This document shows, piece by piece, positions 14,401 to 27,786 of a stretch of DNA of 64,000 nt (positions are counted from its first letter, which is position 1; every line of letters begins with the position of its first letter). The translations under genes were made by a program, and so were the position numbers. The DNA is from Perna viridis (lineage: Eukaryota). The notes beneath the pieces are model-generated. The model saw only the letters and a list, made by a program, of their open reading frames with translations, had not been told where the DNA came from and searched no databases. The stretch spans positions 34,344,885 through 34,408,884 of the forward strand of contig CM074513.1 in assembly GCA_037379345.1 (NCBI GenBank), written 5' to 3'.

Positions 14401-17400
14401 CAGCGATGCACTTACATTTTGGCAATTATGCATTGTGCAAATATGTATTTCACATGCATCAACAATCCAGGTGTACTAAAATAAATCAGATGTACAGAGA
14501 TAAGAATGCCGGTCAGTGGTCTATGATATCAAATGGGCAGATAATTTACATAAAGTCCTAGTCCCTTCTTACCAATCAAACTTTTTTCAGTCCTTTGTTT
14601 CTTTTGAAAATGAGTTTATATTAGAAAGTATTTTCATTTTCTCCAAGGATGTAGTCGTTATGGGCAATTTGCTGTTCTTTAAAATGATATAGAATTTTTT
14701 TTAGTATGGATATGGTGAAAATGTCAGAGACAACAACCTCACCGGGATGAAAATTGTCAGCTACGTATTATTCTATTTCTTACTAATATATTTTTTGGAT
14801 TACTATTTTTGCAAGAGGCTTTTAAACATGAAAAGTGCATTTTAGGATCGGTTGTTACTTTAAACGAGAAAATAAAATAAGGTGGTAAAGTAGCAACAAG
14901 AAGAAGCAGAATTAGTAAGATCAATTAGAATAATAATAAACTTACATAGCCTAGAATGCTACTATTCATCGCTAGTAAACTCCGTGTTATTGGTTTCGAT
15001 ATCACTATACCGATTGAATGAGTCTGAATGCATTGCAGTAACACGGACCTAATAGAAAGCACCCTGTAGTTTTTCAATTAGCCCTGGCCTGCTTAATATT
15101 TAACGTTTTCGTTATAATTAAAAGCAATGCGACTGACGGGAATAAAAATGATTGACAATCAAATCATTAGCCGGTAGTATTCTGCAAAATCTCTCTTATT
15201 TCTATTGTATTACCAAGGTAGTATAAACACATTCAATTGCTAATTCTTTTATTACTGTAATGTAACTATGTTTCTGCATACGGATTTCGAAATGTTTTAA
15301 TCTATGTGCTAGGCAACAACTGAAAAAAAAATAGTGTTATCCTATAAGTATGAATTAATCGTATTTCAGTTGTTAAAAGGAAATAGTGGTTTATAACAAG
15401 ACTGAAAATCCTAAGAAAATATTTTTGTCAATGAAAAATGGAACGTCAATGTTGACAATTGAACAGAAAACGGAAACCAATTTTTTTCATGCACGAAATT
15501 CTTTGTTGTGTGAATCAGTCGAACTACAATTGTTTCCTCCATGCAAACAGAAAATAAACGCGTTATAAACTTTAGTTGACAACATAGAACATAAAAACGA
15601 AAACGCCATTTTCTTTGATATTGTGAATGAATTGAAAGGACGAGGAACAAACAAGACCCACGTCTGGACCTCTTTCAACAACATATATTTGTCATAACTT
15701 GTGTCCAACTTAATTGTATGCATAAATACTATAAGCCAATCGGACATACGATATTAAGATTTATTTAAATACTTTTACACAGTTATGTGTGCATAACCAA
15801 ACCCAGCGTAAACTGATCGCTGGCCTTGCGTTACTTTGTTAAAATATGTATTTATGAACGCATATGCTGTTGAAAATGGCTGAGAAAATGGTAGTTCCTA
15901 TATAATTAGTTAAAAGACTAAATCATAATATTGAATATTTGCCAAATTTGTCCATGATAAGAGGTACACATTTTCAATAGGTACATGTTTGAATAAAATT
16001 GGTTCAATACATTTTGAGCCAATATTTCAGAAACGGCCATTTGATTCTGAATGGGAGTGGCAGTTTTGGTCGGGGAGAATATTTAACTAATTTTCGAATC
16101 AGGAGATATATTTTAAAACATATACGGCTAAAATCATTCATTTTCATTATATTGTACAGTAGAAGATGAAGGCCAGAATTTGTTTTAAATTTCTAGGTAG
16201 TGGAGACCAAAATATTTCCAAATTTCCAGACCAAGATGTTTATTAACAAAAACTGTCACTACCCCTCCTCAAATGGTCGGCCCTTTCACTACGTATGTAC
16301 CGCCTGCAACAAAGAGTAGCTATAGCTATGGCTAAGTCAAACATGATAAAAATGTAGGAAAAAGAATATCTGATTTCTCCAGTCACAGGAATAAAGTAAC
16401 AGTCTTGATTTTAGTGAGAATTCGGACAAAAGTCATAAATAACATTTTTGGAGATAATCCACCAAAAAAATAGTGTTATCGTATTGAATTTGTTTTTCTA
16501 TCAATATTTTTTTTTGTTTTGTAAAATTTATAAAATTTTACTTACTTTGCAAATAATCTATGAAATACAATATAGTGTATACACATGCAATTCATGTTAT
16601 ATTAACAATGTTTGTATATTAATTTTTTTATTTTCACTTTTACCGTTTACTAGGGAAACACTCGGATACGGATTAAAAATTATAAGCTAAATCTTTGGGA
16701 AAGAATCAAACAATAGTTCACAATATTGATAATATAATACTGTATACTATATGCTCATTGTGTGTCTTCCTACACGTGAAGACAATGTTAAATCTAAAGC
16801 ACAGTAATCGGTTTCATTATTTAGTCGCTAGTCATCAAGTCCTGGTGCTACAACAAAAATGGTGATCTTGTCAAGTACTTATAAAATTCCGTATTTCAAT
16901 TATATTATACAGTTATTAAATGGGTTGGATGCAATAGACCAGAATATTTGTCCTGAGGTACTGAGAATGATCAAGTGTTCTATTGCACGAGGTCAACGGC
17001 TATTGAGTACCTAATTTGTCTATGGGATATAATAAAGAATGGAAATGGGGAATGTCAGACAACCATTCGACCAGGAATAGGAAATTGGCCGCTCCATGTT
17101 TACGAATTGGCAGACGAGAGTCACATCTACGTTTTTAGACGCGAGTTTTTTTGTGTGTAAATTCTAATTCAATGAAGCGCTTAAAAAAAGTTCAACCAAT
17201 CAAAAGGCTTAGATAAAGGTCATTATGGGGTCAGTGCAATAGACTCCTCAAGGAGACTATTACACCGTGCAATAGTACATCAACAGTGCAACAGATCGCC
17301 CTGTCCTGAATAAATTTTGAAAATAGAGAAAAATATGTGTATATTTAATAAACAAGATAAAACCTTATAGTTAGGTAATAAATATTCTTTATTATCCTTC

Positions 17401-17510
17401 GTATTGAGAGCAAATAAGTAAACAATTGTACATAAAAAAGGGAAAATTAAATATCAAATAGAAGTAGAAAAAAATGGTAGTGAAGTATCAATTTGTTTTC
17501 CTCCATTTGG

Positions 17511-17988
17511 GCCTGCAGCAGCGCTAAGCTTGTCGTAAAAGGCGACTAAATAGTGCTCAGAACCCTAGCCAGGGGCTAAGGCGCTCTGCCCACAGAGCAA
17601 CTGTGATGTGTGCCCCAGGTGGTGGAATGGGGTACCTCTGGCGTTTTAAATGCTGGGGTTGTCAGGCTATAATACGGAAAACCTGACCGCAAACCATAGT
17701 GGTGCACCGTGTTGGGAAAGATGCCACGTTCATCCCACGTTAAAGAACCCTACTGTGGTATTCTCCCGGAGTAGGAACCATAGGGCTTCGCCATAGGAGG
17801 CTAAATTGCCCGACCCTACCCACCTCTCCCTATTTCCAGTGGCAATCAAAATTTGTCGACCCCATTGTCCTTGTGTCCCATCCCTCTTTCATTTCATCAT
17901 TTCATATTCATTTTATCGTCAATTTCCTGTTCACCGTCTGAATATAGCTGAAATATTGCTGCTCGGACGTTAAACCCCAACAAACAAA
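17511..17988 (+). mobile_element. SINE-like retroposon, 5'-truncated copy (family also at 32387, 50709, 61057)
   Basis: Highly similar to 50709-51231; (CAAA)n tail; flanking TSD TCCTCCATTTGG (17499-17510) / TCCTACATTTGG (17989-18000). Confidence 0.85.
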
Positions 17989-18539
17989 TCCTACATTTGG
18001 TGTAATGTCGCACTAAACTCGATGGGGCCAATATTAATGAGGTCCATCCAAAAATGAAGAGCTCTTTGTTATTTTGTGAACCAATATATTGTCATAGAAA
18101 AACCCGCATTTGTGACAAAGCTTACTTTATTGGTCATTCGGTTCAATTAAAACACATAATGAAACTATGTATTTTACAGAGAGATTGAAATGTGGGTGAC
18201 TTTTCAAAATTGTCCAGGTTTTATGAGACCGAAAGCTATCATGAATTTCTTTTTAGTAAGAAAACGCCGTCATTGTTAAGCTTTTCTTCCAGGAGCATGT
18301 GTTCAATTTCACTTACGCGTTTATTTAACGATTGATTTTCACTTTGACACACAGGAAAACTCACTTCTTGACAGAAATTCATCAAGGAACTCAGGCAGAT
18401 CTTGCAAGACTCTAATGATGTCAGTTATTTAAACCAACATTTTTTTGTACATTTTTGACGGTGTAGTAAAATTCTGGATAGAAGAATATCTTTCGGTAAG
18501 TAGTGAGGGGGCTTATTGCATATCCGTCCAAAACAATAG

Positions 18540-18830
18540 TTTTGATCGATGACCATCCAAGGAGTGGTGTGCATTTGTCAGTTCTGGCTAGTTTTGGTAG
18601 ACCCTGAACGTATTTACACACATACCGATGAGTCCGTTCTAATAATGTCACCTTATGACTAGTTAAATTGTTCCTCAGTTCACATACATATAAACCTTCA
18701 CTGTAACATAGTTGGAGCAATATTTTGCTGCATGTAATAGGATTTAGTAACGACGGATGAATACCTAGTTTAATGACTGCCATACAGACTGAACGTGTCG
18801 CTCTGCATGCTGAAATAGTTGTGATTTTGT
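18540..18830 (-). mobile_element. Degenerate LINE ORF2 C-terminal (post-RT) fragment
   Basis: Translation GLYVCELRNNLT...LLERTHRYVCKYVQGLPKLARTDKCTPLLGW resembles the LYGxExW...LERxH...GL region of CR1/L2-type LINEs (recognised by eye). Confidence 0.5.
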
Positions 18831-20102
18831 TCAATAAGTTAACTGTTAACAATTATTTCAATATATAATTTGAAATAGATTGAAAAATGCCACCAATGGA
18901 GCCTTGACGGTTGCCATCACTTTTGTCCAATAGAATGCGAGGTTGTAAGCTCTAATGATTGGGCATCATGGATGTCACGTGATACAGTCAATGGCCATTA
19001 TTCCCTTATTGAATGAATTGAATCAAATATTACTTTACTTCACGGCATTGTTTGCCTCCAGTAAAAAGTATGATCTTATACAATTACCAATACTAACCTT
19101 CAAATAAAGAACCTGAAAAATCAATGTTGAATAATATGATTTGAGATTTTCCAACTGATATTTAATAGGCACGTTTTCACACTGCAATTATTGATACATT
19201 GTCAATTTAAATCTTATTTAAAACATCTCTTTGGCATCTCATTCTGAGTGAACTGTGCTCCACATAATACCGGTAGCTCAACATGCATTTCCTGATGACA
19301 ACGTCCCCTGGTGTTAGATACTGAGCAAAATAATCATTTATTGTATTTACATGCAATAAGCATAATATCTTGTTTAAACTTGTACGTGTGTATACTATTC
19401 TTGATGATAATGTCATATAATTGTAATTGTTTATAAATGTTCATGCCCGTTGAGGGCCCTAATTAGAAAATAAAAAAAAATCTTCAACTTTTACTCTCTG
19501 TTTATTACACCAAAATGTAACTCCATCCTTGAAATAAACAGAGGTAATGTAACAAGAAATAAACAGAGGTTATGTAACAAGAAAAAAAGTATGCAGTAAT
19601 ATATTTTGCCTCTGCGCATAATCAATATAACATCTTTTCCTTTGTACGTCCTTATCGGGGTTACCTAACACAGAGTGGGACATATCTTAAACTTCCATTT
19701 CTCTTGGTTTTTCCACGATATGCATACTATAAAAAGTGTCTAAGAAAAGCACATTCGTTTCTAGAACGTTTTTTTAAAGATGACCTAGATTGGATTCCTA
19801 TAAAAACAAATGCAACAATAAATGACTCTGTACAAGTCAGTTGTCAATGTATCACACAATACTAAAGTCTACCTGATCTACGAATTTTTAAAATTCAACA
19901 TAGCCTCAAACAATGTCTTTAAACCAAAATGAAGAATGCGCAAAATCCATTTTTTTCAACAACTATGCATTTCATATGAATGGTTAACTGACAATTTAAA
20001 CTTGTTCATTGTCACGGACCGTTTGTTATAATACTAAATTGCAGGGTTTTTCTTCCGCATTGGTCATGTACTTAAACCACTTTGGATACTACTTTCATAA
20101 CT

Positions 20103-20105
20103 ATG
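20103..20105 (+). CDS. Gene 1 (type II membrane mucin with SEA-like domain): putative ATG-only first coding exon
   Basis: AACTATG|GTAAGT: ATG directly followed by a consensus donor; acceptor TTGCAG at 20044; phase 0 matches exon 22376. Confidence 0.5.
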
Positions 20106-22375
20106 GTAAGTTTTTAACAGTAACCCCAGAAAACATTTTAATCATGCGGTATATTCTAAATAATACCGTCTGATCGGCGATTTTAAGTGACGGTTAATTA
20201 TACCAGTCCAGTTGCTATTGTAACCTTGATTTCGAAAGGTATAAAATTTGATAAGAGCTAGGGTCTTTGAATCCAGTTAAAACTCAAGATGTCTTACCTG
20301 GGTTAGAATTTGACATAGCTCCTTCTGCGACGGATCTGTTACTCCCCCCAAGAGATGTTTTTTTTTTTGTCAATATAATTTTTTCGGACAGAATAGAATG
20401 GTATTAAGTTGGTTCCATACAGAATTTTGAAAAAAAAGCGCTTCTTTCGTAGACATTGAAGTGCTACTGCTGTACCATCAGATAAAATTTAAGATCAACA
20501 CAGACTATATACATTTATGAAACACTATTATATACATTTATAAAAGTTCGTTTATACCAAAAGCTTCGATAAACTTTAAGACTTATGATTCATTATGGAC
20601 ACAACTGGTTTGGACACAATAGAGCACAAAATTTGAAATTCAATAAAAAAATTTCAAAATTGGACCAAAAATTAAAAAGTCGATTTTGTATTTTAAGCGT
20701 TAATGGAGATCCTGTTATAATAGGGTAAGCGTCCTCTGCTTTTCTAGTTGTAAAATAGAACGTGGTTGAAACTGATTAAAATAGGAAAATAGTAAAATCT
20801 ATGAATTAAAATGCTCATTGGGACAAGTATGGTTAATGACTACATTCAACCGGGTTCGACAGCTTCTATTAAGAACAAACAATTCTATCAAAGAAAAGTT
20901 AGTAATAACTTGGTTTAATATGAAACAAAACTTCTGGTTTGTTTGTTTTGTTTTTGTTTTTGTTTTTTTTCTTGGGGGGAAGGGGGGGGGGGCTGGCCAG
21001 ATAAATTTGTATTTTCAAATTGTATGATATAACATCATTGATTGATAAATAGCATCGTCGATCGATTTGCAGTTTGCGATAAAATCATCTTGAGCTCGAC
21101 TTAGAAAATATCAGAATTCACCACGCAACTTTTATGCCAATCGGACAAACGATATTAAGATTTATTTAAATACTTTTACACAGTTATGCGTGCATAACCA
21201 AGCCCAGCGTAAACTGATAGCTGGCCTTGCGTTACTTTGTTAAAAGACGAAAACAAACTATAAAGGGAATAATGAAATTATAGACAGCTGTATAACGTTT
21301 GGCTATTGTTTTCTCAAGAAGTGAGGTGGGATTTTTTGTTGAATAATGGAATATTTTTTCAACAGCAGCCGAAGTTAATGTTTTTATTTGAAATCAACAC
21401 TCAATTTGTTTTAAGTAATGAGAGTATTTAAAAAAAGTCATAGTCCGACTCTCCGACAAAATGGTCGGAACCGTACTACAATTAAACAGGATTTCAAAAT
21501 GTACATATATACACAACTAGGTCAAAATATAAAATGCGCAATGAAATTCAAATTTTACGATCAGTCATGCGTTGAATATACGTACTTACTATAAGGAAAG
21601 GCTATGTATCCTGTTACGATGACATTTACTTCTTCACAGAAATGTGTCTCAACCCATAGTAGCAATTTTATGAAGGAAATTTTTTAATCGGAAAAATTAT
21701 GCGACTATTGTGTATCTTTTATTTGTCAAAGAAGATCGGATTCTAGGGTTTCCGAAAATTTACTAAAGAGATTTTATTTAAATTGTAGAAGCTGGTTTCG
21801 TTAATTTATTTCTTTTATGATTTTGTTTTGCAACATTCATTGATACAATTCACAACTATGTCGGTCCCCAGGACTGATTCAATTCTTATAAATGCAAATA
21901 TGACATATAATTGTTCATGTTAGATTATATTTGAATCTCTGTATGTTGCTTGGTTTCTAAGATTCTCGCGAGTCAACGAAAGGTTGATATTGATTGAGTC
22001 GCAACTTACTTGCTCCTCAATGAGAAATAAAAGGTGTTTTCTTATGTATATGTATTTTATATGATAGGGTAGATGATCGATTAATGAGATCTTGGTGATG
22101 CGAAGTTATCGTTTAGTTCAGTGGAATTCTCTGGCATGTTGTTGTCTACGTGTCTTGCTTTGTTCTCAGAAATTAGATATTGATAAAATACATTAAAGTA
22201 TTTCCCTTATCATATCCAGGTTTTGATTATGATATTACCATTTGTTATATGGACTTTCCCTTTGACTATTCATTTGACTCTTGCCTAGATTTATCAGTTC
22301 GGCATTTTATTATTGTAAGATATGAATATTTAATCACCAGTGTGTTGAGTACATACCTACTTTCTCTTTAAACAG

Positions 22376-22442
22376 TCACAGAAGTACGTTTTGAATAGAG
22401 CTTACCGGTATGATGAAGAGGGAGGAATTGAAGACAAACAAG
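22376..22442 (+). CDS. Gene 1 exon (SQKYVLNRAYRYDEEGGIEDKQ)
   Basis: Pyrimidine tract + AACAG acceptor, G|GTATTG donor; phase 0 to 1, compatible with both neighbours. Confidence 0.65.
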
Positions 22443-22617
22443 GTATTGCTCTTCTTAAAAATATCTTAAAGAGTTAAAATCAATACAAAGCGAAGGTTAC
22501 AGCCAATTGTCAATAAAACAAGTTAAGTTCATTCTTAGTTTTGCTCAAGGTGTATTGATTTAGATTGAAAAGTTATTAAAAATGACTTTTTAAAGGTGTA
22601 TTTTCTATTCTCTTCAG

Positions 22618-22718
22618 GAGTGATAGGGAGAATAGAAATCTCGAAAGAATGGCAAGGAAGTTACTCCAATCCTGACAGTCAGGAACACAATAGGATGAAG
22701 TCCCAATTAGAACACGAG
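22618..22718 (+). CDS. Gene 1 exon, SEA-like domain N-terminal part
   Basis: TTCTCTTCAG acceptor, GAG|GTATTC donor; GVIGRIEISKEWQGSYSNPDSQEHNRMKSQLEHE fits the SEA pattern G.I.I...W...xxNPxS.E...(L). Confidence 0.7.
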
Positions 22719-22760
22719 GTATTCAATAAAAAACCGATAATTAATACAAATACGATCAGA

Positions 22761-23510
22761 AAGAGTAATCAAGGGAACCAAGGTTATAGCGGTAATCAAA
22801 AGAATGCAATCCAGGGACAAAGACCAGACATGGAAAACAGACATACACAACAAAGAACATAAAGTAACTAAAATCATACATACAAAGTAACAAAAGCAAA
22901 TAAGCAACTCGGACTCCACTAAAAACTGGGAGCATGGACCAGGTGCAACGGTAGGGTAAGCGTCCTCTGCTTTTCTAGAAACACCCGCCGAGTTGCTCAT
23001 AAAACGTCAAGTCCGGGGTAGACAAACGAGGAAAGGAAAACTATGATCCGTTGAATAGATCAGTTTTCATGGTGCAGATGGATACACCATAACGATCCAC
23101 GAGTTCATGATGACGACCATAAAACTTCTGTAGTGATCTTCAATCTTGTAGCAACATAATCCTATTCCAGAAGCCTATTTGTTAGAGTTCTAGCGTGATA
23201 CAAAAAGTCTGCGTAGTTTCGGCAAGCTCTGGCATGACGTATGAGTTGTGAACACTCCATACGCAGGTGCTGAAGGGATGTTGCTACAGATGAAAGGAAA
23301 GTTGACAATTTTGAATGAAAAGTCATCACGTTTGTCGTAAAGTTTGGTCAATAGTTTTCCTTTACCATCGATTTCTAAGTGTAGGTCAATATATGAGGCT
23401 GACTTCACAGTGTCTGTAGTATCCTTTATCTCAAGTTCTTTGGGGTAGATGCAATGTATCAAATCCCCGAAATTAGGATTGTTTAAAGATAATACGTCAT
23501 CTATATAGCA
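22761..23510 (-). mobile_element. Penelope-like retroelement 3' fragment (RT C-terminus plus 3' region)
   Basis: IYPKELEIKDTTDTVKSASYIDLHLEIDGKGKLLTKLYDKRDDFSFKIVNFPFICSNIPSAPAYGVF; reverse-complement match to ~1385-2050. Confidence 0.8.
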
Positions 23511-24917
23511 ACTTAATTCAGCAGATAGATTTTGTTTTCTTGTTTGTTTGTTGGTTGCTTTTAATGTTTTTTTTTATGTGCACATGTGTAGATATACCTC
23601 TTTAAGTGTCTATTTTAGGTTGTTATTGATAATATACTAGCAATGCCCGTATGGGAAGATTCCCATTGCGCCATTTTATAAGTATCATTTGCGACACACA
23701 CATTTTTCAAATTGCTTTAATTGCGCTAGAATGGGAACTCATTTGCGCCTGTCTATTTGTACGCGTTTTTCAATTGATAAACACCTTGAGTGCTGTCCTT
23801 TTGCAGTTTATCTTAATGAACAGAATATCACGTGAATATTTATTTTTTGGAACATACACATAAGACCAATGTAATAACAACGCCAAATACTAAGATAATT
23901 TTATCCTGCAATGAGGTTACTTGTTAACCGAATGAAGGTATACGATTATTTTTTGTTGCATTCGTACATTAGCAGGTTATCGACTTTCTGGCTTCTCCCA
24001 CTCACGTGATCGGCGGAACTACTTTTTTCTGGTATGCATAAATTAATCATGGCCGCCACCGTAGATACGATATAAACAAATTGCATTTGCGTATCTGGTT
24101 AATCTTTTTTTCGCTGTTTTGTTTCGTTTTCACTTTTTTACCTGAATAAAATAAACGATTTTATGGAAACCAAATAATGATTTTGTTTGTATTTTTTTCA
24201 TCGTCATATATATGGCAAATCCCAAATCTCGTTCAGATTTGATTCATTATCAGTTTGCAGACGACTTCCCCTGTCATTTCAGTCATGTCGGACTCGGAGC
24301 CAGAGTGTCCGTTACAATTTAACATAAACTGGTCCCCACTTAAAGAAATTGAAGCATTACAATATGATAAACCTCTTGAAGAGACAAATGACCTGAAAAC
24401 TGTAATGCTCTTGGATTTATTACTGCCTAAACCCCAAGATAATGAATCAGAGGAACACTACATTATAGATCTGCCCATTCAACTGCCTCCTCTTCTTCAA
24501 AAATCTCAAACAAATATTTCAAATCCCAAAGAAACTAGTGTACAAATTTCACCCCTGAAATCTACTGCCATATACCAAACAGAAACAAGACAAGTCAGCT
24601 TCCACCTTCCTCGCGAAATTCAAAACCTTAATGTTCTTAAAATCGACTTTACAACATTTAAAATATTTGTATATATTATTCATTTTACTTATTTGTCTAT
24701 TGGAATAAAATAAATTTTGATACATTGCTTATTTTCTTCAAACAGCTTTGACGAATTTTATGGTGCGGATTAAATTTTAGTGTTTACTGAGTCATGCGCC
24801 ATACGTATTAATTTTTTTCTTCCGTTTAACGATCGGGGCTCCTCAGGGGATATGCATTTTGAAATTTTATTTTAAAAATGTACACACCCACAAAACTATT
24901 AATATAACAGGATAAAA

Positions 24918-25053
24918 ACAATATAGGTACATTGTCGAAAAGTATCGAAGATATGTGATGAGGTGACGGAACGGGTAGGAGCCTCGCATTTCCTACCAGT
25001 TCCGTCGTCTCATCATATATCTTCAATAATTTTCGACAATGTACCTATATTGT
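24918..25053. repeat. Long imperfect hairpin (~62-bp arms, 10-nt loop), MITE-like
   Basis: ACAATATAGGTACATTGTCGAAAA...GGTAGGA pairs with TCCTACC...TTTTCGACAATGTACCTATATTGT. Confidence 0.75.
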
Positions 25054-25616
25054 ATATTTATCTGAGAGCACATCAAAGACCATATATTTCGAGTTGTTCT
25101 AAATGGATGAAGAGCTGTATTGTTATTCTTAATAGTTCAGAAGTATATACCATATTTCAGTTCGTGTCGACAAGTTTCTCCTATTTCATTTCTTTTTTTT
25201 CAAACTAGCTCAATCGAAACTTAACTCATGGCGAAAATAAGTCCACCACTGTAAAAAGTGAGTGGCGCAAACGTAACACTGGTGCAAATGAGTTGTGGCG
25301 CAAAAAGATATCTCCTGCCTTTTTATGTGCTTATAAATTTTACAATAAGAACAGTAACAAAAAGAAACTAAAAGAGGACCGATTTATATCAATCAGATTG
25401 TATATTTTCAATTACCAGATTCTAATTTTTAATAAATATATACATATATATTAATATATACTTACATGGCAAATTGCAATGCATTTTTATAAAATTACTA
25501 AATATCTATCATGATGGTTTTACTGTATCTTGGAGTAACCATGTATTCCGAGAGCTCTCCCAGGCTATAGGGATAAAAAAATGAATGGATTGATATTCTA
25601 TATTTTATAATTACAG

Positions 25617-25684
25617 TTGGAGTCGCTGATAAATGCAAGTACGTTCCGGAGTACATTAGCTTCCCTAATTGTCACAGACTTCAG
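25617..25684 (+). CDS. Gene 1 exon, SEA-like domain middle part (LESLINASTFRSTLASLIVTDF)
   Basis: TTACAG acceptor, CAG|GTAAGA donor; phase 0 to 2. Confidence 0.7.
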
Positions 25685-26255
25685 GTAAGAACTCATTGAA
25701 GCTAATGAGGCAGTCACTTTTCCAAGTCTTTTTAAATAGTTCTTAATATGAAATCAAAGTATAAAAGGGTGGGAAATACACGTGAACGAGCAATGTAGCT
25801 ACCATTTGATTTTTATGGAGGAGCATTTTTTTTGCATTAATATAGAAATAATCTCTGACCTAGCCTTTTATATTTTAATACTTAGTTTCTTCAGTCCTTG
25901 ATTTATAACATATCCTGACTTCTCTTTACAACTTTTAATATGCATGTTTTTCTTTTTCTTTTTGGAAAATACATCTTAACCCTCCCTAAAAAAATCAAAT
26001 GTTAGCTCCCTAAAAATGTATGCAAGGAAGAGTCGAGTTTTCAAGCCTATGACAATGAAATGTCTCAGTACAGTTTAATTTTTTCACTAAAATAACAGTA
26101 TAATAGATTAAATTAGACGGTTGATTTTCAGTCGCTGTGCCATTAATTCGCAAATAAATTGAAGGTCGGAACAGACCCCATATGTTCCCATATGTTCCAA
26201 AGATACCTAATATTCGTTGATTTATTACAACCAAGTTGTTTTACCTGTTTTGTAG

Positions 26256-26431
26256 AGAAGGAGTTAAAGGTACAGAGGTGTACTTCCGAGTGGTTTTCAT
26301 TGGTAATTTTTTCGATGAAAATTCTTTAGTGCAGACTCTTCAGACGGATATTAGTAAATTACGTTCAAGTGATTTAGATAGTTCTAGATACCTTTTATTG
26401 AAGTATGCTTATGAGGACTCCATCAAAATAG
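26256..26431 (+). CDS. Gene 1 exon, SEA-like domain C-terminal part
   Basis: TTTTGTAG acceptor, G|GTAAAG donor; phase 2 to 1; splices to give VTDFREGVKGTEVYFRVVF. Confidence 0.7.
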
Positions 26432-26887
26432 GTAAAGATATAAACGCATCAATCTATATAAAAATATTTAATGAAATGCACATAGCGATGATTTCTTTTT
26501 TAATGTATGTATTCAATTGTGGCTGAGTTGTCGTTTCAATAAATTTTGTCCGATCGTATCTCGGTCAACCAAAAGTCGAACCTTAGTGGTCATATCTGGA
26601 CCTCTCACGATTAGATTCCACCATAGACTAAGTAGTGCCTGCAATCCATTTCATCGAGTTCCAACAGCCCATAAAATTTTCCTTTTAAAATTGAACGGCA
26701 GTCTGACGCATACAGAAAGAGTCTGTACAATCGTAAATTGCTTTTAAACGTTCAAAACCAAAACGACGGTCATTCCCTTTGTGTCTTTGAAGAACAGCCA
26801 CTTTTATCGCCCATATTTAATGCACAAATGAGGTGGAACTAAAAGTGACGCAACTAGTTACTTTTGAAAAATAAACATCACTTCTTC

Positions 26888-27152
26888 TTGAAAGAGTTAT
26901 CCAGGAAACCAAGATTCTAGCGGAAATCAAAGTAACAAAAGTAAATGAGCTCCACTGAAAATGGGAGCATGGACCAGGTGCATCGGTAGGGTAAGCGTCC
27001 TCTGTTTTTCTAGAAACACCCGCCGAGTTGCTCATAAAAAGTCAAGTCCAGGATTGATGACAGAGGAAAAGAAAAATTGAACAAATCAGTTTCATGGTAC
27101 AGATGTATACAAACGACTAACGAGTTTCATAATAACGACCATAAAACTTCTG
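26888..27152 (-). mobile_element. Penelope-like element 3' fragment
   Basis: Reverse-complement match to ~1690-2050 with internal deletions. Confidence 0.7.
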
Positions 27153-27254
27153 AAGGTCGTGAAAAATAATGTAAGACAAATTGCGCAAAGTACTATAGTT
27201 ATTAAAATTTGAAATAAATGAAGTCGATAGCAAATAGTTTCATGTCTGTTTCAG

Positions 27255-27368
27255 GTGCACACCTTTCTCCCCCTGGGCCTAAGAGAACAAACCTGATTAT
27301 AGCTCTGTTGATTATACTTCTCATTGTTATCTGTGTAGTTGTAGCAGCCTATATAGCCACTGAAGACC
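27255..27368 (+). CDS. Gene 1 transmembrane exon
   Basis: TTTCAG acceptor, C|GTAAGT donor; PKRTNLIIALLIILLIVICVVVAAYIA is a hydrophobic helix preceded by basic residues. Confidence 0.8.
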
Positions 27369-27786
27369 GTAAGTATAACACAACATGTAAAGGTATATAC
27401 TGCATAGTAACCTATTAAAACAAAGATGTTCTATGAACCAGGTGCATCCAGAAACAGTTGCATCCTCTTCTGTTCCAGAAACACACGCTGATTTACCTAT
27501 TAACAATGCACAGGAAAATGAGAGTTAACATGTAATCTCCTGTAGATGAGGTTCTCGAGACTTGAGAAGAAAGCTCAGATCGTTCGATCTCTAAAATCTG
27601 GTCAAAATTGAAATTGGCGAGAAATAGGGTACAGGTTTTCCATTTAAATTTGTTTTAAAAACGTGGCCACAAAAAAGGAAAACATGGTCAAAAAGTACTG
27701 GCGACGCATTATGTATACACAAATACTATATGTACTCGTGTTAATTCAAGATTTAATACTGTAAAAGTATTTATTTGCTATAATAG

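Noticed and set aside
24255-24713. 152-aa ORF as an exon of gene 1
   Set aside because: No recognisable domain, and exons 22718 and 25617 already join in phase within one domain. It lies in a probable degenerate transposon, so it was left uncalled.
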